The notes under the pieces were generated by a model. The model searched no databases and was not told the DNA's origin. It worked only from the letters and a program-made list of their open reading frames with translations. Position numbers and translations under genes: made by a program. Shown piece by piece: positions 38,447-48,876 of a stretch of DNA of 64,000 nt; the stretch's first letter is position 1, and each line of letters opens with the position of its first letter. The stretch is from a virus. Where the stretch lies: IMG/VR virus record IMGVR_UViG_3300025941_000015, positions 41,627 to 105,626 of that record; one strand, 5' to 3'.

Positions 38447-39223
38447 ATGCCCTACAACCCGAACTCGGCCTACCCAAGGAAGACGACGTACATCCCACCG
38501 ACGTACGGCGACCATTCCTTCAGGCGCTCTGTGAACTCGCCGGACTTCTCCAGCCAGAACACGTTCGGTGGCGGCCCGGTCCGGCCGCGGGGTGGAGAGA
38601 TCTACAACTCGATGATCGCTGCGGCAGCGGTCTCGGCGATTCACCCCGGAGCTGCATCAGGGATGGCGGCCGCCAGTCGTCATCCCATCCTGAACAAGCT
38701 CTCACCCATCGGTGAGCGGGGTATCGCCACGGGTGTGCAGGCGGTAGCGAACGTCGCTGTGCCAGCAGCCCAGGCAGCGATCACCGGGAACGTCACGCCT
38801 CTGCTCAAGAAGGCTGGAACGGCCGTGACCAACCGTGTGGCCACCCGAGTGCTGGGTGGCCCCATCCACGGTCCCACGCGGCCTCCGATGGCACACGGCA
38901 ACCCGGCAGCCATCAAGACACGGGCCGCCAACACGGCGATGGCCGATCAGCTCGGCGGCATGGTGCTCGACGGCTCCATGCCTGGCGAGACCGGCGCAGC
39001 CAACATCCCGAAGCTCATCATCCCAACCAGATACTAGGAAGTGACCATCATGGCCCAGCAAGAGCGCCCCCAGGACGTCCCCAACGCGAACCAGATCGCC
39101 CCCGGTGCCGAAGCAGGCGCCATGGGCCAGGACGTGCCGTACGCCGGATGGCGCCGGAGTGAGCACATCGGCTACAGCCTGAACGAGTCATTCGGTCTCG
39201 GTATCGAGTGGGGCCGCGAGTAA
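38447..39223 (+). CDS. two hypothetical genes: 38447-39037 and ~39041-39223
   Basis: ORF track, RBS. Confidence 0.6.
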
Positions 39224-39251
39224 CCCACCTCTTCGTACAACAGGAGTGATC

Positions 39252-41165
39252 ATGGCGACCCAGAAGGCGGCTGCGGCTGCGATCAACAAGAAGAAGCCTG
39301 TGAAGAAGCCGACGACGGTGAAGGAAGGGTTCAAGAAGCCCAAGCCCCAGCCTGACATGAGCACTCAGACGCAAGCTGAGCGCGACTACGCCTCTGGTGC
39401 GCGTCTCGACCCGCCCCAACTCCACGAGATGTCGCAGACGAGCGCCGACGTGGTCCGTGCGGGCTTCACCGAGTCGATGTCGAACTGGAAGACCCGTGAG
39501 CAGACCATGCGGGACGAGCTGACCCCGAAGGGGAAGGTGAAGTCGTCAGCTCTCAAGCAGACCACGATCGACCGGCTCGACGATCGCACGGTGGACGTCC
39601 CTGCCGCTGGCCACAACATGGCTCAGGCGTGGGACCGCATGATGGACGCCCCGGACAAGCCCGCTCCGGCGTGGTACTTCGGGCACCACCGTCGCCTCAA
39701 GAGGGTCGCAGACCAGTACGGGCTCGACGCTGACACCGTCATGAGCGCCTCGGCTGGCATGTCGCCGCAGAACGGCCCGGACAACGAGTTCGACGCCGTC
39801 TCCTCTATGGCCGACGCCCACGTCAACAAGCGCCGTATCAAGGCCATCAACGACGTCTGGACGACCCCTTCCGAAGATGAGAAGAAGAAGGGCATCCAGC
39901 CCCGCCTGGTGATGAAGAAGGGTGAGGTTCGTCAGCTCAACAAGATGTCCGGTGAGGACATGCAGGCCGCCACGAGCACAGCCATGGCGAAGAACGTCAA
40001 GGTTGCCAGGGGCTTCAGGCTGGAGGGCTTCCGCAACGCCGGTACCAACCGTCAGGGTGGGTTCAGGACGATCACCGACCCGGACTACAACGCCGTTGCC
40101 GAGATGGGGACCGCCAAGGTTCCCCTCTACGACAAGGCCATCCGCATGTCGACGCCGGACTCGCCGCTGCATCACGAGTACGAGGCGCGCTTCACCGACC
40201 AGACAGCGGCCCGCAAGGTCCGCCTCGACAAAGAGGCAGACGCCAGCGCCAACCGGCAGGGGTCCGAGACGATCCGGGGCACGGGCGACCGCGTCGACCT
40301 GTACGGCCTCATGGGCAAGGGTGCGGAGGCGCACGACGCCGACCCGATCCACGACCACCCCATCCTCGGCAAGCGTGGCATCGCTGTACCCGACACGTGG
40401 GTCGCTGGCATCCTCTCCGGCCAGGACATGACCGACGCTGCAGAGCCCGAAGGGATGTCGGCCTCTCCGGCCAAGATCGCTGGCTCGCAGACGCGCACCA
40501 CGTCCTCCAATGTGCCCGGCACGACCTTCCCCGGTCCGGCCGCAGCGAAGGCCGCTGGGGGCAAGAAGCTCACCGGCAACGCTGCGTGGGGCATGGCGGC
40601 CGTCGAGGCCATCCAGGGAGCGGCCACAGAGGCTCGCGAGGCCGGTTCGCAGACCAGCATCCCGCCCGTGATGATGCAGGAGATGACGTGGACCCACGAG
40701 CGCTCGGAGGTGGCCAAGTCCACACTGCGAGCTGCTGCATCAGGCTTGCTGAAGAAGCACTTGGTCGGCGCCCGTGTGGCGAAGCTGACGAGCGGTGGCC
40801 TGCAGGGTGAGAAGGAGTTCCGCCCCGAGCAGGGGCCTCCTGCGCCCAGTAGGAAGGTCGAGACGCCCGGACTGTTCAGCCGTGGGTACGAGGGCAACTC
40901 GCTCGACACAGACCAGATGAGGGTCGTCCCCGGCGCTGGAGGCCCTGGCTCCACCAGGGGCCGCAACGCCGCCATGGACTCCTTCCACGAGCGCGCTTCA
41001 GGTCCGGCTCCCTCCGAACTCGCCAAGCGGGCAGCGATCCACGCTGCGCTCGGCGTGCACGGTGAAGAGCGTGCCGCCCGTGGCATCACCGCTCCGAACG
41101 ACGGAGGCGCTGCCTACGGCGGACCAGGGCCCCGCCCCTTGCGCAACCTCCGGGGTCCGAGCTGA
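39252..41165 (+). CDS. large protein with putative DUF7178/HhH-glycosylase-like core
   Basis: WY..HH...YG...SAGMSPQN, K..Y, VPDTW, PVMMQEMTW spaced as recalled for that family. Confidence 0.55.
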   Translation: MATQKAAAAAINKKKPVKKPTTVKEGFKKPKPQPDMSTQTQAERDYASGARLDPPQLHEMSQTSADVVRAGFTESMSNWKTREQTMRDELTPKGKVKSSALKQTTIDRLDDRTVDVPAAGHNMAQAWDRMMDAPDKPAPAWYFGHHRRLKRVADQYGLDADTVMSASAGMSPQNGPDNEFDAVSSMADAHVNKRRIKAINDVWTTPSEDEKKKGIQPRLVMKKGEVRQLNKMSGEDMQAATSTAMAKNVKVARGFRLEGFRNAGTNRQGGFRTITDPDYNAVAEMGTAKVPLYDKAIRMSTPDSPLHHEYEARFTDQTAARKVRLDKEADASANRQGSETIRGTGDRVDLYGLMGKGAEAHDADPIHDHPILGKRGIAVPDTWVAGILSGQDMTDAAEPEGMSASPAKIAGSQTRTTSSNVPGTTFPGPAAAKAAGGKKLTGNAAWGMAAVEAIQGAATEAREAGSQTSIPPVMMQEMTWTHERSEVAKSTLRAAASGLLKKHLVGARVAKLTSGGLQGEKEFRPEQGPPAPSRKVETPGLFSRGYEGNSLDTDQMRVVPGAGGPGSTRGRNAAMDSFHERASGPAPSELAKRAAIHAALGVHGEERAARGITAPNDGGAAYGGPGPRPLRNLRGPS

Positions 41166-41629
41166 ACCACAAGCCTCCGGCGATAGCGCTCATCAGGACC
41201 GTCTTCGCCCCTCTCCTGGCTGGAGGGTTCCTCTCCACGCTGTTGCTGTCGTTCACCGACCCTTCGGTCGAGCTGTTCGCAGCGCTGGCCACGATCCTCG
41301 CTGTGCTGTGGTACGCCCTCGCTCGGTACCTGGAGACCAAGAACCGCTACTGGGGCTTCCTGCTCGGCGTGGCGGTGCCGCCCCACTACGAGGGCGAGGA
41401 CACCAAAGGTGCACTCCTGACGTCTCTCAAGCGCACTGTGGTGCCGCTCGTGATCGGGTGGGCTGTCGCTGTGCTCGCCCGAGCCGGGTACGACACACAC
41501 GATGAGTCGTTATCCCTGACGTTGCAGGCCATCGTCACCTCGGTGTACTACGGGGCGGTCTGCCTCATCGAGGAGCGTCAGCCGAGCGCCGGTCTCCTCA
41601 TCGGCGGCACGCAGCAACCGACCTACTAG
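41162..41629 (+). CDS. holin with tandem duplicated actinophage holin unit; probable non-AUG start
   Basis: Two RTV..P..G...Y....LE...GxLxG...PxY units; the first extends upstream of TTG 41243 to CTG 41162. Confidence 0.65.
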   Translation: MNHKPPAIALIRTVFAPLLAGGFLSTLLLSFTDPSVELFAALATILAVLWYALARYLETKNRYWGFLLGVAVPPHYEGEDTKGALLTSLKRTVVPLVIGWAVAVLARAGYDTHDESLSLTLQAIVTSVYYGAVCLIEERQPSAGLLIGGTQQPTY

Positions 41630-41646
41630 ATCCTCCGACAAGGACG

Positions 41647-41679
41647 GCAGAGGGGTCGGGGCTCACCCGGCCCCTCTGC
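41647..41679 (+). terminator. hairpin after holin
   Basis: gcagagggg...cccctctgc. Confidence 0.55.
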
Positions 41680-41698
41680 TGCGTCTACGATGGGCATC

Positions 41699-41950
41699 AT
41701 GTCAAGCATCGCCTCGGCGTCACCAGGCCGCTGGTACACCAAGACCGTCGATGATCCCATCACAGGGATACCGGATGCGTCCCCCGCCGTGGCTGGAGCT
41801 GTCGACACGTCGTGGTCGCGGGAGCAGTACGACTGGAACACGCCCGCCGGAACAGGGCTCACTTCGACGCCGATCGTGGCCTTGCCCTACAACTCGTGGC
41901 CGCCCGTCAACCCTCAACCAGACACTCTCTACTTGAGGATGGCTCCCTGA
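41699..41950 (+). CDS. small structural protein
   Basis: C-terminal P.PDTLYL typical of fibre-associated proteins; TACGAT -10 upstream. Confidence 0.55.
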   Translation: MSSIASASPGRWYTKTVDDPITGIPDASPAVAGAVDTSWSREQYDWNTPAGTGLTSTPIVALPYNSWPPVNPQPDTLYLRMAP

Positions 41951-41995
41951 TCTCAGGGGCCACGCACCAGATTCAACCCAGTACAAGGAGACACA

Positions 41996-42349
41996 ATGGC
42001 CCTGCTCGACAACATCCTCGTCATCGGGGCCACCCCCATGAGGACGGCGATCACGCACATCGCTCTGTCCACGGCGGACCCCGGTACGACCACCGGCATC
42101 AACCAGTCGTCAGCAGCGCGCCAGGCGGCGAACTGGGCAACGGTCACGACCGGTGGCGACTTCTCCCTGACGTCGGCGCTCAACTTCACTGGCGGTGCGC
42201 TCGGCGGCCCGGTCCACTCGGCCTGCTTCTGGTCGGCGCTCACGGCGGGCACGTTCTACGGCTCGCAGCCGCTGACAGGCGACCTCTTCTTCAACGGTGC
42301 TGGCGAGTACACGATCACTGCTCTGACCGTCAACGGCTCCTCGACGTAA
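41996..42349 (+). CDS. small virion fibre/decoration protein (paralogue 1)
   Basis: HIALSTADPG...ARQ..W...FWSALTAGTF. Confidence 0.7.
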   Translation: MALLDNILVIGATPMRTAITHIALSTADPGTTTGINQSSAARQAANWATVTTGGDFSLTSALNFTGGALGGPVHSACFWSALTAGTFYGSQPLTGDLFFNGAGEYTITALTVNGSST

Positions 42350-42359
42350 GGCGTAGGCC

Positions 42360-42749
42360 GTGGCCCTCGGACTCTCAGTAGCAACAGCGAATGGGTTGCT
42401 CAACGCCCTGTGCCGCGGCACGAGCTACGTCAACTCGGGAGGCATCTGGATCCAACTGCATATCGCCGACCCTGGAGCTGCAGGAACGGCGAGCATCGCG
42501 ACAGAGACACGCCGGATGCAGGCAACGATGGGGACGAACGCTGCGAGCGGTCTGATCTCCAACACGGCTGCTGTGACGTGGTCGACGATCGTCGGTTCGC
42601 AGGATGCAAGCCACTACTCGATGTGGGATGCCTCGACGGCCGGTACCTTCCTCGGCTCGGGCCTCATCAACGCCAACTCGTACATCGCTGGTGACACCTA
42701 CAACATGGCGATCGGGGCAGTCGTTCTCGGTTTCGGGCTCGCTGCGTAA
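42360..42749 (+). CDS. small virion fibre/decoration protein (paralogue 2)
   Basis: IQLHIADPG...TRR...MWDASTAGTFLG. Confidence 0.7.
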   Translation: MALGLSVATANGLLNALCRGTSYVNSGGIWIQLHIADPGAAGTASIATETRRMQATMGTNAASGLISNTAAVTWSTIVGSQDASHYSMWDASTAGTFLGSGLINANSYIAGDTYNMAIGAVVLGFGLAA

Positions 42750-42761
42750 CGGGAGCCTCTC

Positions 42762-45700
42762 ATGGCTACCTACGTCGGGGCAGGAACACCAGGCACCACT
42801 ACGGCAGGAACACCTGCCGGTGTTGCCGTTGGCGACTACGTAGGCGTCTTCGCCTACCGCAACGCTGGTACCGCCCCGACCCTCCCGGCAGGGTGGACGC
42901 TCTGCATCAGCAACAACACCAACCCCGCCAGCGTCGCAGCGTTCCGCGAGTGGGACGGCGTCTGGACGATGGCGTCGGCGGTGTTCACCAACGCCAACAG
43001 GTGTGTCTCCTTCGCCGTGCGCGCTGCATCGGGCAAAGAGATAGCGATCGGCTACGCCGACGACACGGCGCGCAACAACTCCAATGTCGTGTGGCCGACA
43101 ATGGCGCTGCACGTCACGGATGGCTCGTCGGTCATCATCCGCGGTGTAGCGCACACCCGGCCCGACTCCACGATCCCGACGCCGACCAACCACACGCTGA
43201 TCGACTCGAACGGCACGCAGCCCGGCTACGGCACGTACCGCAAGAACTCCTCGACCGACGGCAACACCGTCACGGTGACGATCAGCCGCTCGACCACAAT
43301 GACCTTGCCGCAGGTCGAGTACAAGGACGTGATCCCGGTTGCTGTCACGCAGGCGGCGTACCAGTGGTTCAGCGAGGGAACCGAGAGCGGGGCGGCGGCG
43401 CTGGCATCACAGGACACCAAGTACGTCGGCAACATCGCCACTGACGACGTCGAGGTCGGGCTGCGGATACGGCTCCAGAACGCTGGTGGTGGCGCACCCA
43501 CACTGGCGACCGACGACTGGCAGCTTCAGGTCGCGAAGAACGGTGGAGCGTGGTCGAACGTTACGGTCGGGGCTTCGATCGTTTACGCCGAGACGAATGT
43601 CAGTGTTGACTCGATCATGCTCCCAAGTTCTGGCGCCAATGCTCTGGGTCAGTCGTTCCAGGGCAACGGTGGTCTGCTGTGGCGATTCGGTGCCTGGATG
43701 CACAAAGGTAGTCAGATCTCTGACACCGTCGTTGCCACCCTGTACTCCCACACGGGAACGTTCGGCTCGACGGGGGTTCCTGGGACGGTGCTGGCCACTT
43801 CAGCACCGTTGTCTGTCAGTGACATACCTAGCTCCTATGGCTGGGTGTACTTCACCTTCGATCAGACGTTCACACTGACGAACGGCACCCCGTACTTCAT
43901 CGGTGTGTCATGCACCGACGGTCCCGTTTACTGGGGGTTTGATAACACCGCTTCTACAGCTCCAGGCAACGCTGCATCTCGTTCTGGAACAACTTGGTCC
44001 CTGGATTCCACTGGGGACTACGTTTACCAAGTCTTCACTGGCTCGTCCGCTCCCGTTATCGGGTATGCCTGCCCCAACACCGTTGATGGTGGAGCGACGA
44101 CCAACCGGCTGACCGGCGGCTCCGGCACGTTCGTTGCGGGCAAGGTGTCCGAGGACGGCTTGGTCGACGACCTCGGCTGGTCGGGTAACAACTACACCGA
44201 AGTGCTCTACGAATTGGTGGCCTTGAAGGCCAATCTCGCCAGCCAGGACATCTTGACCTTCCGCGTCCTCCGCAACGGTGGTACGTCGGACATGACGTAC
44301 GAGGCGTTGATATCCGGCTACGACGAGACCAACGCTGCTGCGGGGGGAACGTCGGTTAGCCCCGGCCAGAGGGGGGCGCAGTCTTTCCTTGGTGACGGTA
44401 GGAACCTGACGAAAGCCGGGTTCTACCTCAAGAAGTTCGGTGCTCCTACCGGCAATATGGTGGCGGAGTTGTTCGCCCACACTGGCACGTTCGGGTCGAA
44501 TGGTGTGCCGACCGGAACGGCGTTGGCGACATCTGCACCAATCGACATGTCCACGCTTTCAACTGCGTATGGCTGGTTTGACTTCACGTTTACTCCACCC
44601 GTTCCGTTGACGAATGGAACTCCTTACTTCATTGCCTTCAGTAACATCGGCACTGGCGACGGTGGCAACGCCCCGATCTTCGGCCAAGACTCGACTTCCC
44701 CGACTGCCCCTGGAAACGCTGCGTCGTACTTCTCAGGTAGTTGGAGCGGTACTCCACCAGCATACGAAGTGGTCTACCGGGTCAAGACGGAGGCCACCCC
44801 GACCTTGGAGATCACGGTCGGATCTGTCCAGCGTGAAGCGACGATCTCAACGCTGTTCACGTTCACCGCTACCGCCGTTGTCCACATGGACGTACAGGCG
44901 GCGATCTCATCGACGTTCACGTTCACCGCCACGGCGATAGCCGGTCCTCCGATCGCTCAGTTGTTCTTCGGTGGACCGTTCGCCAACCCTCCCATCTCTG
45001 CTGGTCTCCACAGGGCGACCAACAGCGCCAAGCTGAACGGGCAGGCGTTGGGATGGATACCGATTGGCGCTTCTCCGTACCGAACAACAACAGGTTCGCA
45101 GGCAACGCTTCAACCAAGCTCTGTCGCCGGTCCGACCAATGGCATTGAGGTGATCCAATCAGGTAACCCGGTGGAATGGATCTCCCCTCCCCTCGACAGG
45201 AACGTGACGATCTCGGGAACGATCTCAGCGCAACTGTGGGACAGCTCCTCCGCAGGAACCAACGCTGCCATCAACGTGATCGTCGAACGTCTCGACAGCA
45301 AGATGCTCGTCGTCTCAACGGTAGGTCGATCCAACAACACAGTTGCGGCTGATGTCAGCACTAAGCGGAACATGTCCTTCACGCCGACCAGCACGAACAT
45401 GCTCAAGGGTGATCGGTTCCGTATTCGTGCCTTCTTCGATGATGCACCGACGATGGCTGTCGGAGGCGGCACGATGTCGTTCCTCGTGGGAGCGTTGGTC
45501 GAGGACGCCGTTGGCGACTGTTGGATCAAGTTCACAGAGTTGTTCTCGTTCCAATCGACTACGCCAGCCGGAACCGTTCTCTACCTCACCGATACCCAGA
45601 GCGACATGGACGCCGGGGTCAAGGCCGAGAAGGTGATGTGGACCGACCGGGGAACGGTGTCTACCTCTGGCACCTACACCATCCCCGCCACAGCCTGGGC

Positions 45701-48700
45701 CGTACCAGCTCAGTTCGTCAACGTGGGTGCTCTTGAGTGGTACTCCAAGCCTCTCGCCGGGTTCACGCTGGACGGGCTCGTCGAGCTGAACATGCGTATC
45801 TCCGGTACGGGGTCGCTGGACTTTGGTGTGAGGGCCGAACTCGACATTGTCGACCAACAGAACTTCCTGATGACCAACTGGGCCGCAGGAAGCATGATCA
45901 ACAGCACTGCGCCAATAGGTGTCGTGGTTGCGGGGTCGGACAACCTGGGTGGCAACCCGATCACACAGACGCAATGGAAGTCGTGGCTGTCCGGTCCTAC
46001 CTTCGTGGTCGATCCGCAATGGCGGATTCGCCTCAGGATGTACGTCTCCAACCAGGCCCAACAGCAGCAGTTCACCGGCACGACCGCCTCCCTTCACTAC
46101 AACGGGCCCACTCCGGGTGCGAGCGGTGATGCGTGGATTCAACTCCCTCAGGCCATCAGTGAGTTCTCCACGGGCCCGGCGACTCGTGAGGCGACGATCG
46201 CCACAACGTTCTTGTTCACAGGGACCGCAGCGGCTGTCAGGACGCTCCCGGCCACCATCGCCGCCTCCTACACCTTCACGGCGACGGCTACAGCGGGGCC
46301 CTTGCCGACGCTGGGCAATGCGACCGCCGCCCACGTGTGGAACATCTCCCCGATCCAGGGCAGGCGGCCGATGGGCGGTCTGGCCACGTCCGCACACCTG
46401 TGGACGATCAGCCCCCTGACCAGCAAGAAGATCATGAAGGGGCAGGCGACCTCTGCCCACCTGTGGACGCTCGCGGTCACCAGCAAGCGCATCATGAAGA
46501 GCCAGGTGACCGCAGCCCATCTGTGGAATGTCGCCCCGGCAACAGGCACCGCACCAGTCCTCCCGGTCAAGCAGGGGTCCGCCACCGCCTCGTGGACAGC
46601 GACGCTGACGGCAACTGGCAAGAAGATCCAGAAGGGCACAGCCACTACCTCCTGGCGGGCGGTAGTTGGCTACTTCGTCGAAGACGAGTTCAACGGTGCT
46701 GTAGACACCACGCTCTCCTCGCTGGGGTACTTGACCATGTACGGCGGCACGCTCTACCTCGACGGCAGCGGCAGCGCCTACACGAAGGGAGGCTTGGGAG
46801 GCAACACCAACCCCAACGCTGTTCCTAACAACTCGTGGATGGAGACCACCTTCCGGCTCGACGACACATCCAGCTACAGCATCAGCCTGCTGTTCAGGCT
46901 GCCGACGGCATCGGCAGCCAACGGTGTTGACACCGGGTACGCCGTCACGATCACCGAGCTGGGCATCGGTGTCAACCGCCTCGGTGCGAGCAAGTCGAGC
47001 GTTGCACAGACGCTGGTGAACACCAAGGACTACGTCATACGGGCCGACTGGGTGGGGGCCAACATCACGGTCACCCTGGACGGCACTGGGATCATCAACT
47101 GGACCGACCCCGCCCCGCTCGTCGGCACCTACATCGGGCTCTACCTCGACAACAACTATGGCGGAACGTCCGACCGTCTTCGGTACCTTCGTGCAGGCAC
47201 TGCTGCCGTCGGCAAGACCCCGATCACAGCGCCGGGCGCAGGGTCGGCCACAGCGACACACACGTGGAACGTCACCCCGGCTCAGGGCAAGAGGATCACC
47301 AAGACCGCTCAGGTCACCGCTGCTCATCTGTGGACGATCGCTCCTGCCACGGGCAAGAAGATCCCCGTAACGCTCCAGGTCACTGCGACGCACCTCTGGA
47401 CGATCGCACCTGCAACGGGTGTGATGCCGGTCCTGGGGGTGAAGCAGGGCACCTCTGTTGCATCGTGGACAGCGACCGTTGCGCCCGCCACCGGCAAGCG
47501 CATCACCAAGACGACGTCCATGGCGGCCGCTCACGTCTGGACGGTGGCTCCGTCGACCGGCAAGAAGATCATGAAGGCGCTGGCGGCAGCCGCCGCCCAC
47601 ACCTGGACGATCGGCCCGGTCACAGGTAAGCGCATCATGAAGAGCGCCATCACGGCGGCTCACCTTTGGACGATCGCTCCGACCACCGGCAGGCGCGTCA
47701 CCTACGGCCAGGCAACAGCGACCCATCTCTGGAACACCTTCCCAGCCTCCGGCATCTTCCCCATCGTCGGAGTGAAGCAGGGCACTGCCCTTGCCCGACA
47801 CGACTGGACGACCTCCCCGGCCACCGGTAAGAAGTTCCCGCAGTCCCAGGTCACCGCCGCACACACGTGGACGATCGCACCGTCCACCGGTCAGAAGATC
47901 ATGCGGGGCCAGGCCACCGCTGCGCACACCTGGACGGTCTCCCCGTCCACCGGCAAGCGCATCATGAAGAGCGCCATCACGGCGGCCCACCTCTGGAACC
48001 CTGTTGCCACCGGCAAGCGCATCATGCGCGCCGCCGCAACGGCTGCACATCTGTGGAACACCTTCCCGTCGACCGGCGTCATGCCCATCCTCGGGCTGAA
48101 GCAAGGCACAGCGGCCGCCCGACACGACTGGTCGACGACAGCCACCGGCAAGAAGGTGATGAGCGGCAGTGCCACTGCGGCCCACGTCTGGACGTTGGTC
48201 GTCACCAGCAAGCGGTTCATGAAGGGGGCCGCCACCGCTGCCCACGTCTGGAACGTCTCGCCGAGCACCGGCTCGAAGCCGCTGCGTGGCCAGACCACGG
48301 CGGCCCACCTCTGGACCCTCACCGCTCAGGGCATCAGGCCCGTCATCGGTGCCAAGCAGGGATCGGCGATCGCCTCCCACACATGGACCGTCGCTCCCAT
48401 CACGGGCAAGCGCATCATGCGTGGTCCGGCGACGGCCGCTGCACACGTCTGGACGGCGAGCCCTGTCACTGGCAAGAAGATCATGCGGGGAGTGGCGGCG
48501 ACGTCCACACACCTGTGGGTTGTCGGCCCGGCCACCGGCAAGAAGATCATGGGCGGCAGCGCTGCTGTCACTCATCTGTGGTCGGTCAGTCCCTCGACGG
48601 GCCGCAGGCAGACGGTCGGTCTGGCGACAGCCGTCCACGTCTGGCGTCCGACGGCGGAAGGCTTCCGGTTCACCAGAGGCACCGCAGTTGTCTTCTTCAA

Positions 48701-48833
48701 GTTCAAGCCCGACATCGCCAGAGGCTCACCAGGCGTCGTCGGCGTCGTCCAGGGGATCTGGGACGGCTACCCCGTTGTGGCGATGCAGTACGGCGACAAG
48801 CCGATCTTCGAGATCCTGATGGTCGAGGCATAG
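42762..48833 (+). CDS. 2023-aa fibre/adhesin-like virion protein with HxW repeats
   Basis: T/A/G-rich beta modules, an internal duplicated domain, about two dozen ATAAHxWT..P.TGKxIM repeats. Confidence 0.8.
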   Translation: MATYVGAGTPGTTTAGTPAGVAVGDYVGVFAYRNAGTAPTLPAGWTLCISNNTNPASVAAFREWDGVWTMASAVFTNANRCVSFAVRAASGKEIAIGYADDTARNNSNVVWPTMALHVTDGSSVIIRGVAHTRPDSTIPTPTNHTLIDSNGTQPGYGTYRKNSSTDGNTVTVTISRSTTMTLPQVEYKDVIPVAVTQAAYQWFSEGTESGAAALASQDTKYVGNIATDDVEVGLRIRLQNAGGGAPTLATDDWQLQVAKNGGAWSNVTVGASIVYAETNVSVDSIMLPSSGANALGQSFQGNGGLLWRFGAWMHKGSQISDTVVATLYSHTGTFGSTGVPGTVLATSAPLSVSDIPSSYGWVYFTFDQTFTLTNGTPYFIGVSCTDGPVYWGFDNTASTAPGNAASRSGTTWSLDSTGDYVYQVFTGSSAPVIGYACPNTVDGGATTNRLTGGSGTFVAGKVSEDGLVDDLGWSGNNYTEVLYELVALKANLASQDILTFRVLRNGGTSDMTYEALISGYDETNAAAGGTSVSPGQRGAQSFLGDGRNLTKAGFYLKKFGAPTGNMVAELFAHTGTFGSNGVPTGTALATSAPIDMSTLSTAYGWFDFTFTPPVPLTNGTPYFIAFSNIGTGDGGNAPIFGQDSTSPTAPGNAASYFSGSWSGTPPAYEVVYRVKTEATPTLEITVGSVQREATISTLFTFTATAVVHMDVQAAISSTFTFTATAIAGPPIAQLFFGGPFANPPISAGLHRATNSAKLNGQALGWIPIGASPYRTTTGSQATLQPSSVAGPTNGIEVIQSGNPVEWISPPLDRNVTISGTISAQLWDSSSAGTNAAINVIVERLDSKMLVVSTVGRSNNTVAADVSTKRNMSFTPTSTNMLKGDRFRIRAFFDDAPTMAVGGGTMSFLVGALVEDAVGDCWIKFTELFSFQSTTPAGTVLYLTDTQSDMDAGVKAEKVMWTDRGTVSTSGTYTIPATAWAVPAQFVNVGALEWYSKPLAGFTLDGLVELNMRISGTGSLDFGVRAELDIVDQQNFLMTNWAAGSMINSTAPIGVVVAGSDNLGGNPITQTQWKSWLSGPTFVVDPQWRIRLRMYVSNQAQQQQFTGTTASLHYNGPTPGASGDAWIQLPQAISEFSTGPATREATIATTFLFTGTAAAVRTLPATIAASYTFTATATAGPLPTLGNATAAHVWNISPIQGRRPMGGLATSAHLWTISPLTSKKIMKGQATSAHLWTLAVTSKRIMKSQVTAAHLWNVAPATGTAPVLPVKQGSATASWTATLTATGKKIQKGTATTSWRAVVGYFVEDEFNGAVDTTLSSLGYLTMYGGTLYLDGSGSAYTKGGLGGNTNPNAVPNNSWMETTFRLDDTSSYSISLLFRLPTASAANGVDTGYAVTITELGIGVNRLGASKSSVAQTLVNTKDYVIRADWVGANITVTLDGTGIINWTDPAPLVGTYIGLYLDNNYGGTSDRLRYLRAGTAAVGKTPITAPGAGSATATHTWNVTPAQGKRITKTAQVTAAHLWTIAPATGKKIPVTLQVTATHLWTIAPATGVMPVLGVKQGTSVASWTATVAPATGKRITKTTSMAAAHVWTVAPSTGKKIMKALAAAAAHTWTIGPVTGKRIMKSAITAAHLWTIAPTTGRRVTYGQATATHLWNTFPASGIFPIVGVKQGTALARHDWTTSPATGKKFPQSQVTAAHTWTIAPSTGQKIMRGQATAAHTWTVSPSTGKRIMKSAITAAHLWNPVATGKRIMRAAATAAHLWNTFPSTGVMPILGLKQGTAAARHDWSTTATGKKVMSGSATAAHVWTLVVTSKRFMKGAATAAHVWNVSPSTGSKPLRGQTTAAHLWTLTAQGIRPVIGAKQGSAIASHTWTVAPITGKRIMRGPATAAAHVWTASPVTGKKIMRGVAATSTHLWVVGPATGKKIMGGSAAVTHLWSVSPSTGRRQTVGLATAVHVWRPTAEGFRFTRGTAVVFFKFKPDIARGSPGVVGVVQGIWDGYPVVAMQYGDKPIFEILMVEA

Positions 48834-48876
48834 GGCGGGGCCAGAGCGCGGCCCAGGTGGCAGCTACTCTGTGGAA

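Noticed and set aside
45315-48638. 1107-aa minus-strand ORF (also 22885-24996, 19466-20791, 18424-19665 and similar)
   Set aside because: Antisense shadows of high-GC plus-strand genes; R/G/A-rich with no motifs
46320-48660. Diversity-generating retroelement or invertible fibre cassette
   Set aside because: No reverse transcriptase or invertase seen; the repeats differ at synonymous sites rather than specifically at adenines
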